NCBI RefSeq assembly: GCF_004010195.1
Contig: NC_057718.1
Coordinates: 95,854,354-95,918,353, forward strand
DNA: 64,000 nucleotides
From: Chiloscyllium plagiosum
Lineage: Eukaryota
Direction: 5' to 3'
Shown: positions 49,358-61,544 of the stretch, piece by piece
Numbering within the stretch: the stretch's first letter is position 1
Layout: each line of letters starts with the position of its first letter
Position numbers and translations under genes: made by a program
Notes under the pieces: generated by a model
What the model saw: the letters and a program-made list of their open reading frames with translations, nothing else
Databases searched by the model: none
Told to the model about the DNA's origin: nothing

Positions 49358-49450
49358 CATACCTGATGAAGGAGCGGCGCTCCGAAAGCTAGTGTGCTTC
49401 CAATTGAACCCGTTGGACTATAACTTGGTGTTGTGTGACTTTTAACTGTA
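49358..49450 (+). ncRNA. PLE family C terminus with intact minimal hammerhead (core 49363-49391)
   Basis: catac-CTGATGA-A-GGAGC-GGC-GCTCC-GAAA-GC-TA-gtgtg. Helix I catac/gtgtg, palindromic AGCT helix III. Confidence 0.78.
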
Positions 49451-49929
49451 TTCTAACTTGGTTTTGAGCAGGAAACATTCAAGGGTAAGCAGATGGCTAG
49501 ATTTTCGGATTTCAAAGAAGTCCCTCAGTTCGAGTTATAAACCTTTCTATCAGGGGCAAGGAGGGCCGAAGTGCCTGTTTATGTGCTGTACACTTCTCAG
49601 GAGGAGCCTCTCCCATCTGAATCCAGCCTTCTGTCCCATGAGCCCTCGCTAAGTCCCCTTTCCTGTGACAAGCCTGAAAAAGCAGTTAGCCACACAATTG
49701 TTCCTATTTTCTTACTGCTAACTACTACTGCTAAGTAAACTACTGTTTACTTACATTCCCACCTGAACCACGTAGATGAAAATCCCCAAAATGTAAATTG
49801 TACCAGCCTCAAATTTTGGTCGTAATTCCACTTCCCATCACATCACACCAATAGCCTGAACCCCCACAGGTTAAAAATCTATCTTACGCTACACAAAATT
49901 GGGTAGGTGAGTGATGATAGGAAAAAAAT

Positions 49930-50590
49930 ACCAGGGAGATGGTAACATAATAGTAATGTCCTTGGACTTGTAATCCAGAGTCCCAGACTAATGTCCTGGA
50001 CAATTGGTAGAATTTGAATTAAAAGAGCTCTTGGACCCGATGTAACTATTGTCTACTGGTTTGTTTACTGGTGTGGAGATTGGTACAAGTGAATGGCTTG
50101 CCAGGCTATATCAGAGAGCAATTGAGTGTCAACCACATTGCAGTGGGTCTGGAGTCACATGTAGGCCAGACCAGGCGAGGATGACAGATTTCCTCCCCTA
50201 AAGGACATTAGTGAACCAAAGGGATTTTTCCTGACAGTTGACAATTGTTTCATGGTCATCAGTAGATTCTTAATTCCAGATTTCTTTTTTATTGAATTCA
50301 AATTGCACCATCTGCTGTGATGGGATTCGAACATGGGTCTCCAGGACATTATCTGGGTCTCTGGATAAATAGTCTAGCAATAACACCACTGGGCCATTGC
50401 CTCTCTCCCCCTCCCCATCTCCCTTTATGGAAGAATATGTGCTGTCCCATTTGCAGGTCTGGTCTATCCGTGACTTCAGAATCACAGCAATGTGGTTGAC
50501 TTTCAATGGCCTAGCAAGCTGCTCAATTCAAGGACAATTAAGGATGCCAAATAAATGCTGTCCTATCTAGATAGGATAACATCCCATTTA
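49930..50590. mobile_element. Second tRNA-derived SINE family: minus copy (50090-50410) inside an older plus copy
   Basis: gggattcgaac is the antisense B box. Plus-strand head 49930-50030 and tail 50445-50590. Confidence 0.65.
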
Positions 50591-51029
50591 TACATTTCTC
50601 AAAAATGGAGATGGGAACAGACAAATGTGGTAAGGACAACATGCTCATCTTGAAGCTAAACTCTAGCATGACACATTTCTATTTGTAGCTCCTTTGTAAC
50701 AGCAGCATTAAAATGTGTAAATGTTCTATATTACTATAAGAGTTTTGGCAACAACACTTAATACTGAGCTGCTTCACAGTTATTAGCGGAGGTGACCTGA
50801 AGCTTGGTCAAAGACATAGGTTTAAAAGGAGATCTAAGTTGGCGAGAGAGAAGTAGACAGGCAGAGAGTTTTTGTGAGGGATTTCCACATTTCAGCGCCA
50901 AAGCAACTGAAACCACAACCACCAAAAAATGATCCAATTGAAGCAGGGATTTAGCAAGAGACCTGGCATGGTGCAGCACAGACATTTTACGGCATCACAT
51001 GGCTGGAAGAGAGTGACAGACATGGGAAG

Positions 51030-51285
51030 TGATTTGAAGATGCCAGTGTTGGGCTGGGGTGTACAAAGTTAAAAATCACACAACACCAGATTATAGTCCA
51101 ACAGGTTTAATTGGAAGCACACTAACTTTCGGAGCGTAACTCCTTTATCAGGAATGATATAAGGCTTTTGCCCAACACGTTGATTTTCCTGCTCCTCGGA
51201 TGCAGCCTGACCTGCTGTGTTTTTCCAACACCACTCTAATCTTGACTCTAATCTCCAGTATCTGCAGTACCCACTTCCGCCTGTA
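51030..51285. mobile_element. Head-to-head PLE family C (minus) / family A (plus) junction
   Basis: ...ctttcggagcgtaactcctttatcagg|aatgatataaggcttttgcccaacacgttgattttcctgctcctcgg... Confidence 0.75.
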
Positions 51286-51772
51286 CGTGAGCTTCCAATT
51301 CAGCCATGGTTAGTAAGTAGGTGTTCATTGTAATGACCAGAAGAACCACTCATGGTTTGACAAGCCACTGAGCTTCCACAGTATTGGATTCACCCTGAGT
51401 GCACATTCGGGAAGTGGTTGGAATCTGTGCTGTGGTTTAAATCCATTTAAATAAACCTAATATCCAAATCACGCAGTGAAGCCCTTGTTTAGATCAATTC
51501 TCTAGAAACCTATAAATAAACAGCAACTCTCAGCTAACATAAAAACTGCACACTGGTGTGGAATTTGCATGTTGTGAGGAGGTGCCAGTTGCTGCCAGTG
51601 TGTTGTGACAGGGAGGTGTAAAAACCAGGCAGAGCTCCGATCTTGGTAGTTACCCACTGGGCATCTTGTTAGAATGCACATCTCTGGGAATATCAGCTGG
51701 AAGTGGAATGAGACTCATTTGAGATCTCCCCCGGTTGAATAGGCTGCTGACACACAGGCCATGACTGAGAGT

Positions 51773-51980
51773 TGAAAATGTGTTGCTGGAAAAGCGCAGC
51801 AGGTCAGGCAGCATCCAAGGAGCAGGAGAATCGACGTTTCAGGCATGAGCCCTTCTCCAGGAAAAGGGCTCATGCCCGAAACATCGATTCTCCTGTTCCC
51901 TGGATGCTGCCTGACCTGTTGCGCTTTTCCAGCAACACATTTTCAGCTCTGATCTCCAGCATCTGCAGCCCTCACTTTCT
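51773..51980. mobile_element. PLE family A fold-back with 14-bp TSD
   Basis: TSD ccatgactgagagt at 51759-51772 and 51981-51994. Arms meet at gagcccttctccaggaaaagggctc. Confidence 0.88.
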
Positions 51981-52139
51981 CCATGACTGAGAGTGAAAAG
52001 CATGGAGAACGGCAGCTATAACAATGTATCTCAGTGTTGAGTTCCTTCAGGGAAATTTCAAAGAAAATGAAGGGCTATGTGGTGGAAGGCTTGGGAGAAT
52101 AGGCAGGTTTTGAATTACTGTCGGTTTATTTTCATCTCC

Positions 52140-52640
52140 ATAACACTACCTATCCCTGGCTCATCTCTTGCTGAAACCTTCATCCTTGCCCTTGTTCCCT
52201 TTACACTGGACTACTTCAGTACACTCCTGGTTGGAATCCCATCTTCCACTGGACATTAACTTGAACTCCCTCCATCCAACACTCTGCTGTTGACCACGTC
52301 CTAACTCACACCAACTCTTGTTCAGCCGTTACGCTAATGCTTGTAGATGAATATTATTCTGCTCCTCAGGCTTGATAATGCCCAATTTAAAATACCTCAC
52401 CCTTATTTGCAAAATCCCTTCAGAGCACTGCTTCTCTATCTCTGTAACTTTCCTTTATTGTCCAAATCTTCAAGGTGGATACTTGCTTCCAAGGTCGGCC
52501 TCACGCGCATCCCCGAGTTTGATCGCATCTCTCTTAGTTGCCAGCGATTTGCCCTCAGATACCTGTCCCATTCCCCAAGGTGGGCTCTGGAATTCTCTCC
52601 CTAAACCTCAGCAACTCCTCCACCTCTTTATCCTCCTATA
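52140..52640 (+). mobile_element. L2-type LINE ORF2 remnant
   Basis: AETFILALVPFTLDYFSTLLVGIP resembles the L2 motif AETLIHAFVTSRLDYCNxLLxGLP. Confidence 0.6.
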
Positions 52641-52644
52641 AGAA

Positions 52645-54495
52645 GCTCCAACTACAGAGAGTTGTGAACACAGTCCAGACCAGCACGCAAACCAACCTTC
52701 CATTTATGGACTCTATTTACACTGTGGAAAGACAGCCACGTCATTAAAGAGCTCTCCCACCCTGGTTCTAAACACTTTTTTCATAGTTTCATAGTAACAG
52801 AAGCAGGAGTAGACCATTGTGGCCTGTGCTGACCCATTCATTAAGATCATGGCTGATCTAACCATTATCTCAGCTCCTCCTACCTGCAATATTCCCGTAA
52901 CCCTTAATTCCCCTACCATGCAAAAAACATCCAACTGTGTCTTGAATATATTTAATGAAGCTGCCTGTACTGTTTCCTTGGGCAGGGAATTCCATAGTTT
53001 CACTGCTCTCTGGGAAAAACAGTTCCTCCACATTTCTGTACTAAATATACTCCCCCTAATCTTGATGCTATGTCCCCTAGACCCAGTCTCACCCACCAGC
53101 GGAAACAACTCGCTTGCCTCTATCTTATCTATCTCTTTCATAATTTTATATGTTTCTATAAGATCCCCTCTCATTCTTCTAAACTCTAGTGAGTACAGCC
53201 CCAGGCGGCTCAACCTCTCCTCACAGGGTAACCCCCTCATATCTGGAATCAACCTGGTGAAACTCCTCTGCACCACCTCCAAAGCCAATGTATCCTTCCT
53301 CAAGTAAGGAGACCAGAACTGCTCACAATACTCCAGGTGCGGCCTCACCAACTCCTTGTACAATTGCAGCAGAACCTCCCTGCTCATAAATTCAATCCCT
53401 CTTGCAATGAAAGCCAATATTCCATCTGCCTTCCTGATTCCCTGTTGCAACTGCAAATCAACTTTTAGCAATTCATGTACGAGCACTCCTAAGTCCCTCT
53501 GCACAACAGCAAACTGCAATCTTTCACCGGTTAAGTAATACTCCGGCCTAATATTTTTACCTGCAAAGTGGATGACCTCACATTTACCAACATTGTACTT
53601 CATCTACCAGACCCTTGCCCACTCATTTAACCTATCTAAATCTCTCTGCAGCCCTCCACATCCTCTGCACAATGCTGAGAGGCACTGATAAAATATCTTC
53701 TGTAGTAGCATGGCCTGGTGAAAGCTTACTAGGCCCATCCACCCGAATTCAATACATCAAAGCTCCCCTTTGCACTGTAAAAGCCAGAGCTTCTTTTTCA
53801 ATGCCTTTCTTTATTTCCTTTGTTATCTAAGGCTGGGTCTTTCTACCCTTGCTATCCCTGTTTTTGACCGGAATATACTTCCCTCGCGCACTGTGAAAAA
53901 TCTCTTTGAAAGTCCTCCACTGTTCCTCCATATAGCTTGTGTTCCCAGTCTCATTTAGCCAAATCCTTCCTCATCCCTTTAGAGTCTCCCTTGTTTAAGC
54001 ATAACATCCGGGTTTTAGATGATATTATGCCACCTTCCGTTTGTATCTGAAACTCGAAGATAGTGTTGTACTCTTTCTAGAGGATCCTTAACTACAAGAT
54101 CATTAATTTTCCCTGTTTCATTACACAGGACCAGATCTAAGATCGCATGCTCCCTTGTAGGTTCAGCAACATGCTGTTCAAGAAAGTTAGTCTTGCATCA
54201 GGCAGAAGACACAAAAGCTTAAACACACCTACCAACAGGTTCAAGAACAGCTTCTTCCCCGCTGTTATTTGGCTTATGAGTGGACCTCTCACATTTCAAA
54301 TCTAATGTTGATCTTGCTTTTTGTGCACTTTTTTGTAAGTTTGTGTTCCTCTCTATATAACAGGGAAAAGTTACAAGCTGTAAGTTTGTGTTCCTCTCTA
54401 TGATCTTTGTGCATTATGATCTGCCTGTATTGCTTGCAAAACAAAGCTTTTGACTGTACCTCGATACATGTGACAATAATAAATAAAACTGAATT
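52645..54495 (+). mobile_element. Rex1/Babar 3' portion split by a CR1 insertion (pieces 52645-52780 and 54193-54495)
   Basis: LQRVVNTVQTSTQTNLP...ctcccaccctgg, resuming at catcaggcagaagacacaaaagc...gtgacaataataaa. Confidence 0.72.
52782..54188 (-). mobile_element. CR1 LINE, internally deleted (RT C-terminus 52782-53690; endonuclease-proximal part 53720-54188)
   Basis: ORF 52713..53603 MKYNVGKCEVIHF...RPHLEYCEQFWSPYLRKD...LWNSLPKETVQAASLNIFK. Upstream minus strand FLEQHVAEPTREHAILDLVLCNE. Confidence 0.92.
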
Positions 54496-54789
54496 AAATA
54501 AAGCTTTCCACTTTCTCCATGCTTTCGGTCAGTGATCCCAAGACCTCCTTCTGTGACTCGATTAGACAGCGTTCCTGTGATATATCTTGGAAAGTTCCTC
54601 ATGGTGAAATGTTATATAAAAATGCATATTATTGATGTTGTTATTGCAAATAAACAAGTAACAAATTGCAGTAATTACATGTACAGGCTGCATGGAGTAG
54701 ATTTTCAACATGCTGTTCAGGCCTAAAACTGATGAAGCTATGTGGTCCCCTGTATTCAAAACCATTGATTACAACGTAAAGAGATGATG

Positions 54790-54962
54790 TGGTGTTGGAC
54801 TGGGGTGGACAAATTAAAAATCATACAACACCAGATTATAGTCCAACAGGTTTATTTGGAAGCACTAGCTTTTAGAGCACTAGTGATTGTGGAGCTTCTG
54901 AAAGCTAGTGCTTCCAATTAAACCTGTTGGACTATAACCTGGTGTTATGTGATTTTTAACAA
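54790..54962. mobile_element. PLE family C fold-back
   Basis: aaaaatcatacaacaccagattatagtccaacagg...cactagcttt / aaagctagtg...cctgttggactataacctggtgttatgtgattttt. Confidence 0.82.
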
Positions 54963-55094
54963 TGTAAAGAGAATTTTCTGACATGTTTGGGAGGGGTTGC
55001 TGAGCCACAAGTTGGAAATCTAACCACCTTCCTCTGCACTTTCTTTCCCTAAATGATCTATTGATCATTAATATTTTATAAATGCACTAGTTTT

Positions 55095-55390
55095 TGAGTT
55101 TGATTTATTGTTGTCACATGTACCGAGATACAGTGAAAGATATTGCTTTGTGTGCTATACATCCAGATTGCACCAGTCACAGCGCATCAGGGTGACGGAA
55201 CAGAGTGCAGGATACAGTGTTGGAACCATAGAGAAAATGCAGAGAGAGAGATCAGAATCAACATTTGAGAGGGCTGTTCAAAAGTCTGATAACCACAGGG
55301 AAGAAGCTATTTTTGAATCTGTTCGTATGTGTATTCAAACTCTTATATCTTCTGTCCAGTGGAAGAGGGTGAAAGAAAATATAACCGGGA
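55095..55390 (-). mobile_element. Rex1/Babar 3' end
   Basis: tttgatttattgttgtcacatgtaccgagatacagtgaaa...cttatatcttctgtccagtggaag. Confidence 0.75.
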
Positions 55391-55429
55391 AAAGGTGAAT
55401 CTCAGCCATTAGCAGCAAGAATGCATTAA

Positions 55430-55560
55430 TTCTGAAGAAGGGCCCCTGGACTCTACTTGTTAACTCTGCTTTCTCTGCATAGACGCTGCCAGACCTGCTG
55501 AGTTTCTCCAACAATTTCTGTTTTTGTTCCAAATCTTCAGCATCCACAGTTCTTTCTTTG
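55430..55560 (+). mobile_element. PLE family B terminus
   Basis: ttctgaagaagggcccctggac...gttaactctgctttctctgcatagacgctgccagacctgctgag. Confidence 0.65.
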
Positions 55561-55671
55561 AATCGCGCAGTCTACTAGGAGGAACAGAATCCAACTGATA
55601 ATAAACCAGCAGCATCGATGTCAAAATCCACCTCAGAAAATAAACAGTGACCATAAAATGCTAAAGCTTTG

Positions 55672-55850
55672 TTTTTTATTCATTTATGGGATGAGGACGT
55701 CACTGGCTAGGCTAACATTTATTGCCCATGCCTAATTACCCAGAGGGCATTAAAGAATCAACCCCATTGCTGTGGGTCTGGAATCACATGTAGGCCCAGA
55801 CCAGGTAAGAATGGCAGGTTCCTTCCCTGAAGGACATTAGTGAACCAGTA
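55672..55850 (-). mobile_element. Second tRNA-derived SINE family, 3' half
   Basis: tttattcatttatgggatgagg...gggtctggaatcacatgtaggc...ggacattagtgaaccag. Confidence 0.75.
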
Positions 55851-58800
55851 GTGAATTAGTGTTCTTTGGGTTATGACACCTTTGGATCTCAAAATAGAAT
55901 GTCTGCCTGGGAATTTGTCTCAGGTAACCACCAAATTCTGTAGATTGTTCTTTTCATTCATTCACATTCTTTCCTTCTCGAAAATACCAACAGAATCCAG
56001 GCTCTAAGTTGCACCTTCACACAGATTGTTATGATTTGGGAACTTGTGTCTTGAGTTATGCGCCTGTGAGCAATCTTTTGTCGCTGGATCACAACTACTT
56101 TTCAACAGCAGCGCAGGCTAACCCTGTCAACCTGTTACATGAGCTGCTAAGCAATGCATTTGTGTATAAGGGAGCCATTCACAACAACTTAATTTGAATT
56201 ACAGATCCTTCTCCCTCAGCCGGTTTTCTGCCCTCTTCACAAATCTGGGGATGTGATGTCAGCTGAAGAGGTAATCCTTCAGTAACTTGCGAAAGTGAGC
56301 CAATCACCATTTACGATTCTGTTTAGTGAACACCAAGACTCGATCCAATCACAAGGAGCTCAATGTCTGAATTGGTAATTCTTTTTCTGCAGGCTGATTC
56401 ACACGTCAGTGATCTGGAGTCCTGAGGCTGACTTTAATATACATTACTGCCCTCACTCGGGTGAGTTAATTGTGTGCAAATTACAGATGGTACTTTGGCA
56501 TCTTCCTGTTCTATGCCTTATGTATGCCATTGTGTGGTATACTTACTGATTGTGACAACACAGAAGCAGTCTTTTTAAAGGCATAAGAAGTTGTTTAGAA
56601 ATTAAATTTAAATTTAAATTTAAACCAGTCAATTTATATTTTTATTTGCAACAGTGGTAGAACACAAACATTCACCTGAGGCCTTACAGAGGCTTTTCCA
56701 ATCAAATAAATTGCCATTCTGCGAACTTCTTCCGAGAGGAATTAATAAGCAGTCTCTTTTGTGACAAGGCCCTTTCTCCTTCATAAGAGACAGGTGTTTT
56801 ACTAAAACCCTGGAGCTATGTCTAATCTCTGCTTTTCACAAATGGAACTTTTGTTCCTCCTGTTTGATTCCTGGTCGCAAGAGAGACTCTTTTAAGGATA
56901 CAAAGAGATGACAAAAAAAAATGCATCTGCACATATGGCAAGGCTGCCTGCGATGACATCATTTATTTAGCTCAGCTACAGTAATACAGGGATGTAGTGA
57001 GGGGAAGGGCTTCTTGTCAGAAAATAATGTGGTTATGGCCAAAGGCTAGGTATGAGACAAACCACAAAGTATCTGGTACCAAAACAATGAAAAGTTCATT
57101 GGTTGAGAGAGCTACTATCTCAGGTGCGGTGAAAGAGAATAGGCCTCCATTGTTAAGACAGGATAAGGACACCGCTTTGTTCCCTTCTGTCCTCTGGCAT
57201 TACAATAATGATATCTTGTCAGTTTACAGACATGTTGGTATAGATGGCAACCACTGATGGATATGCAGCAAATGAATGGGCAACCTCATGTATTCATGCC
57301 GAGGTATGTTGTCGCAATTTCTTTCAATTTAACTTGGAATCCAAACAACTGGGAATAAAAGTGTGGTTGCGGAAAGACGTGAGGGATTTAGTGCAACAAA
57401 CAGGGTTCTGTTTCTTTTCGAGACTAAGTGTTAGCTGCTAAAAGTGAGCCACATCTCCTGCACTATCAGTGTTTTGCTTCAGAGTTTACTCAGGGCCAGC
57501 CATCAAACCATTGTTAAAAAGCCAAGCATACGATTTTGCTTTAGCTTGTAATCACTTTGAGATGGAACAGACGTGTAGCAGTAGAGCGCAAAACTGCACT
57601 GATTCAAAACTTAAGGGTCCATTTGCTCAATGTGTCCAGTAGAAATGTGAAATAGTTCCAATTTCATGCCTTACTAAGTGTATGTAGTCCACTGGGATTC
57701 CCCTTCCATGTCTGATGGTTGTTGTGACTCTGAAATTAGCTTCGAGATGGCGCAAAATGAAACAGCTTAGCATCTATGCTACAATTGCAATATCCTTCAC
57801 AGAGGGAAACACACACACACACACATTGCTTTTGTATATTGGAAAGATCCATATTCTTCAACTTGCTCACAGCTTGCAAATGTCAGGGCACAACATATCA
57901 CAGCCACACTGAGATTAGGTTGGATAACCATTTGTCAGAGATGTACAGTTTCTGATAAACCTGACACAGCACATGGTTATTTTAGCCTCGCATGTATTTT
58001 CATAACCTGAATTTCGAATTCAAATGAAAGAAAAAAAAAACGGGAAGCTCTTCCTAAAAAAAATGTCAATTTCTCGCTAAAATACTTCACATAAGACTAA
58101 AGACCCTAAGTAAAACCATCTGAGAGAAGCAAGCATGCGTTAGCTCATAATAAATCTGTTGAAAGTTGTTGAAAACTGACCTTTTATTTGTAGACGTTTG
58201 ATGATTTCACATATGAATCAGGGGAGGTGGGGGGAGGTTGCACTCAAAGGAAATTGCCTTTAATTCGAACTCTTAGGGCTACTTTATGTCAGAGGATTAC
58301 ACGCTTGCCTGATTAGAAGCTTGAGTTACATAAACACACTGTGTTTAGATTTAAGCTTTACTGTCAGATCTTAAACAGCTGCTTGTACTTAGCTCCAGCA
58401 GCAAGCCTTAGTTTAATCAAAGGGACAGAAATATTTTACCTGTTTCTCTCACGTTCAAGCAAGGAGTCAGGAACATTACGAATGTGTGGATTTAATGGCA
58501 GCCACTATGACAGCATACTGTAAGTTTAACACAATATTGGGCTCTTGTGGTCATCTGACTGAACCCAGGTAGTGCAGAAATCAGGTCAGTTTTGTTGCCT
58601 GAAATCTTTTGCTGCCAAAGTCCTACTTTCTTTGCACTTCTCAGGAAGCCTGAATAATATTTACCGCTACTAATGATTGTAGACAGGCTAAGGCACAAAG
58701 TGAATGCATAAATACTTAGAATGAAAAATGTGGCCTTAAAAAAAATCAGGGGAGGTTCAGACAGTACTGGAAAAAACAGGTGTGAAGGGTTTAAAGGAGC

Positions 58801-59338
58801 AATTTAATAGTCTGGATCATTCACATGCTAATGTACTAATTGAGTCACTGATAGGATAATTGACACCTCGGCATAACATGAAATGTTTAGGTGCACTGGC
58901 AGATTGAGTTCGGTTTAGTTGTGGCAAATGAGACGTTTAATCTCACAACTATGTGCATCACTTAAATGGATTCCATTCTGGAATAAAATGAGATCAATTA
59001 TGGGGAAACAAATAGGAAATGGTTAGATAGGTTCATTATGTGATAATGAGCAGATTATGATGTACAAGTGCATAAAAGCAATCAGGTTTCACTGCTCAGA
59101 ACGTCTGTTTTTATATAGATTTGACTGCACAGGAAATAGAGATTATTGCAACAGAAGTTGTAGGGAGACCACCCAGTTTTTGCTTTTGGAAAAAAAAGAC
59201 ATCAGAACTAAGACATACAGATAAATGTTTAGCCCTTGGCCTGTCTATGTTAGTTCAACCTAGCTCGGGCAGTCAATGTATCAGTTCCATTGGCTTCATT
59301 CACCCTGGCCTGGAGTAGATGGGAGTTAGTCAGTGGTA

Positions 59339-60524
59339 AAAACAATGACTGCAGATGCTGGAAACCAGATTCTGGATTAGTGGTGCTGGAAGAGCACAGC
59401 AGTTCAGGCAGCATCCGAGGAGCAGCGAAATCGACATTTCGGGCAAAAGCCCTTCATCAAGAATACAGGCAGAGAGCCTGAAGGGTGGANNNNNNNNNNN
59501 NNNNNNNNNNNNNNNNNNNNNNNNNNNNNNNNNNNNNNNNNNNNNNNNNNNNNNNNNNNNNNNNNNNNNNNNNNNNNNNNNNNNNNNNNNNNNNNNNNNN
59601 NNNNNNNNNNNNNNNNNNNNNNNNNNNNNNNNNNNNNNNNNNNNNNNNNNNNNNNNNNNNNNNNNNNNNNNNNNNNNNNNNNNNNNNNNNNNNNNNNNNN
59701 NNNNNNNNNNNNNNNNNNNNNNNNNNNNNNNNNNNNNNNNNNNNNNNNNNNNNNNNNNNNNNNNNNNNNNNNNNNNNNNNNNNNNNNNNNNNNNNNNNNN
59801 NNNNNNNNNNNNNNNNNNNNNNNNNNNNNNNNNNNNNNNNNNNNNNNNNNNNNNNNNNNNNNNNNNNNNNNNNNNNNNNNNNNNNNNNNNNNNNNNNNNN
59901 NNNNNNNNNNNNNNNNNNNNNNNNNNNNNNNNNNNNNNNNNNNNNNNNNNNNNNNNNNNNNNNNNNNNNNNNNNNNNNNNNNNNNNNNNNNNNNNNNNNN
60001 NNNNNNNNNNNNNNNNNNNNNNNNNNNNNNNNNNNNNNNNNNNNNNNNNNNNNNNNNNNNNNNNNNNNNNNNNNNNNNNNNNNNNNNNNNNNNNNNNNNN
60101 NNNNNNNNNNNNNNNNNNNNNNNNNNNNNNNNNNNNNNNNNNNNNNNNNNNNNNNNNNNNNNNNNNNNNNNNNNNNNNNNNNNNNNNNNNNNNNNNNNNN
60201 NNNNNNNNNNNNNNNNNNNNNNNNNNNNNNNNNNNNNNNNNNNNNNNNNNNNNNNNNNNNNNNNNNNNNNNNNNNNNNNNNNNNNNNNNNNNNNNNNNNN
60301 NNNNNNNNNNNNNNNNNNNNNNNNNNNGCTCCTTTAGGGCCTTGGATAGAGGTGAGGGAGGAGGTGTGGGCGCAGGTTTTACAGTTCCTACGGTGGCAGG
60401 GGAAGGTGCCAGGATGGGAGGGTGGGTTGTAGGGGGACGTGGACCTGACCAGGTCGTCACGGAGGGAACGGTCTTTGCGGAAGGCGGAAAGGAGTGGGGA
60501 GGGAAATATATCCCTGGTGGTGGG
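59339..60524 (-). mobile_element. PLE family A insertion spanning an assembly gap, 14-bp TSD
   Basis: TSD gttagtcagtggta at 59325-59338 and 60525-60538. Terminus left of the gap, Cys-rich pre-GIY-YIG region right of it. Confidence 0.8.
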
Positions 60525-60541
60525 GTTAGTCAGTGGTACCT

Positions 60542-60717
60542 GTTGAGCAGGAAAATCAATATTTCGGACAAAAGCCCTTCATCAGGAATTCCTGATGAAG
60601 GCTTTTTGCCCAAAACATCAATTTTCCTGCTCCTCAGATGCTCCTGACCTGCTGTGCTTTTCCAGCACCAACTCTAATTTAGACTGATTTCCAGCATCGG
60701 CAGTCCTCACTTTTGTC
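60542..60717. mobile_element. PLE family A fold-back with a perfect 26-bp central palindrome
   Basis: ccttcatcaggaattcctgatgaagg at 60576-60601. TSD cagtggt(a/g)cct. Confidence 0.87.
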
Positions 60718-60815
60718 CAGTGGTGCCTTTTGCCAATTTGTGATCAGTCAGTTTTACTGAGCGAGAGAGAATACAATTGTCTCTGATCCCTGCTCTGCCA
60801 ATGTATGAGGAACAT

Positions 60816-61108
60816 TAAACTAGCACTGCTGTCTCACACTGCCAAGGACCTGGGTTCAATTTTAGCCATGGGTGACTATCTGTCTGCACTTTCTCCCCCC
60901 GTGTCTGCGTGGGTTTCCTCCTGGTGCTCCGATTTCCTCCCACAGTCCAAAGATGTCCATCGTGTCCAGGGACACGCAGGCTAAGTGGGAAATGTGGGGT
61001 TATGGAGATAGGGGAGGAGGAGGATGGGTCTGGGTGGGATGCTGTTTGGAGGGTCGGTGTGGACTCGATGGGCTGAATGGCCTGCTTCCACACTGTCGGG
61101 ATTCTATG
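60816..61108 (+). mobile_element. HE1-like V-SINE
   Basis: tagcactgctgtctcac, gggttcaattt, V-domain, tail. Confidence 0.85.
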
Positions 61109-61169
61109 AAGAGTCAGTGCCTACAGAGGATGGGATCAAATGTTGGGAAATGCAGGAGAGACTTGAGTT

Positions 61170-61497
61170 TGGATGAAGCTTCACTGATCCGGAATATTAA
61201 CGCGGTTTTCTCTTTCTCTCCACAGATGCTGCCAGACCTGCTGAGTGTCTCCAGCATTTTCCATTTCTATGTCCGATTTCCAGCCTCTGCCACATCTTGC
61301 TTTTGTAGATTTCTTGGGGTTTGATTCCCAAAAGTGAAGACTCACTGCTCTGCAAATAAAAAGGGAAACATAGCGGAAGCTGCAAAACTGAAATGGAAAC
61401 AGAAATTGCTGGCAGAACTCAGCAGGTCTGCAGCGTCTGTGGAGAGAGAGCAGAATTAATGTGTCAAGTTGAAAATGACACTGATTCTTCTTCAGAA
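61170..61497. mobile_element. Two old PLE family B termini, tail to tail (+ 61170-61305, - 61378-61497)
   Basis: ctctccacagatgctgccagacctgctgag and its reverse complement ctcagcaggtctgcagcgtctgtggagag. Confidence 0.65.
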
Positions 61498-61544
61498 TAG
61501 AAGCTGAATGTAGCCTGACCGTGGTTTTGTATAATTGAAGCATC

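Noticed and set aside
52713..53603. 296-aa ORF as a host gene
   Set aside because: It is the C-terminal part of CR1 ORF2 in an internally deleted copy.
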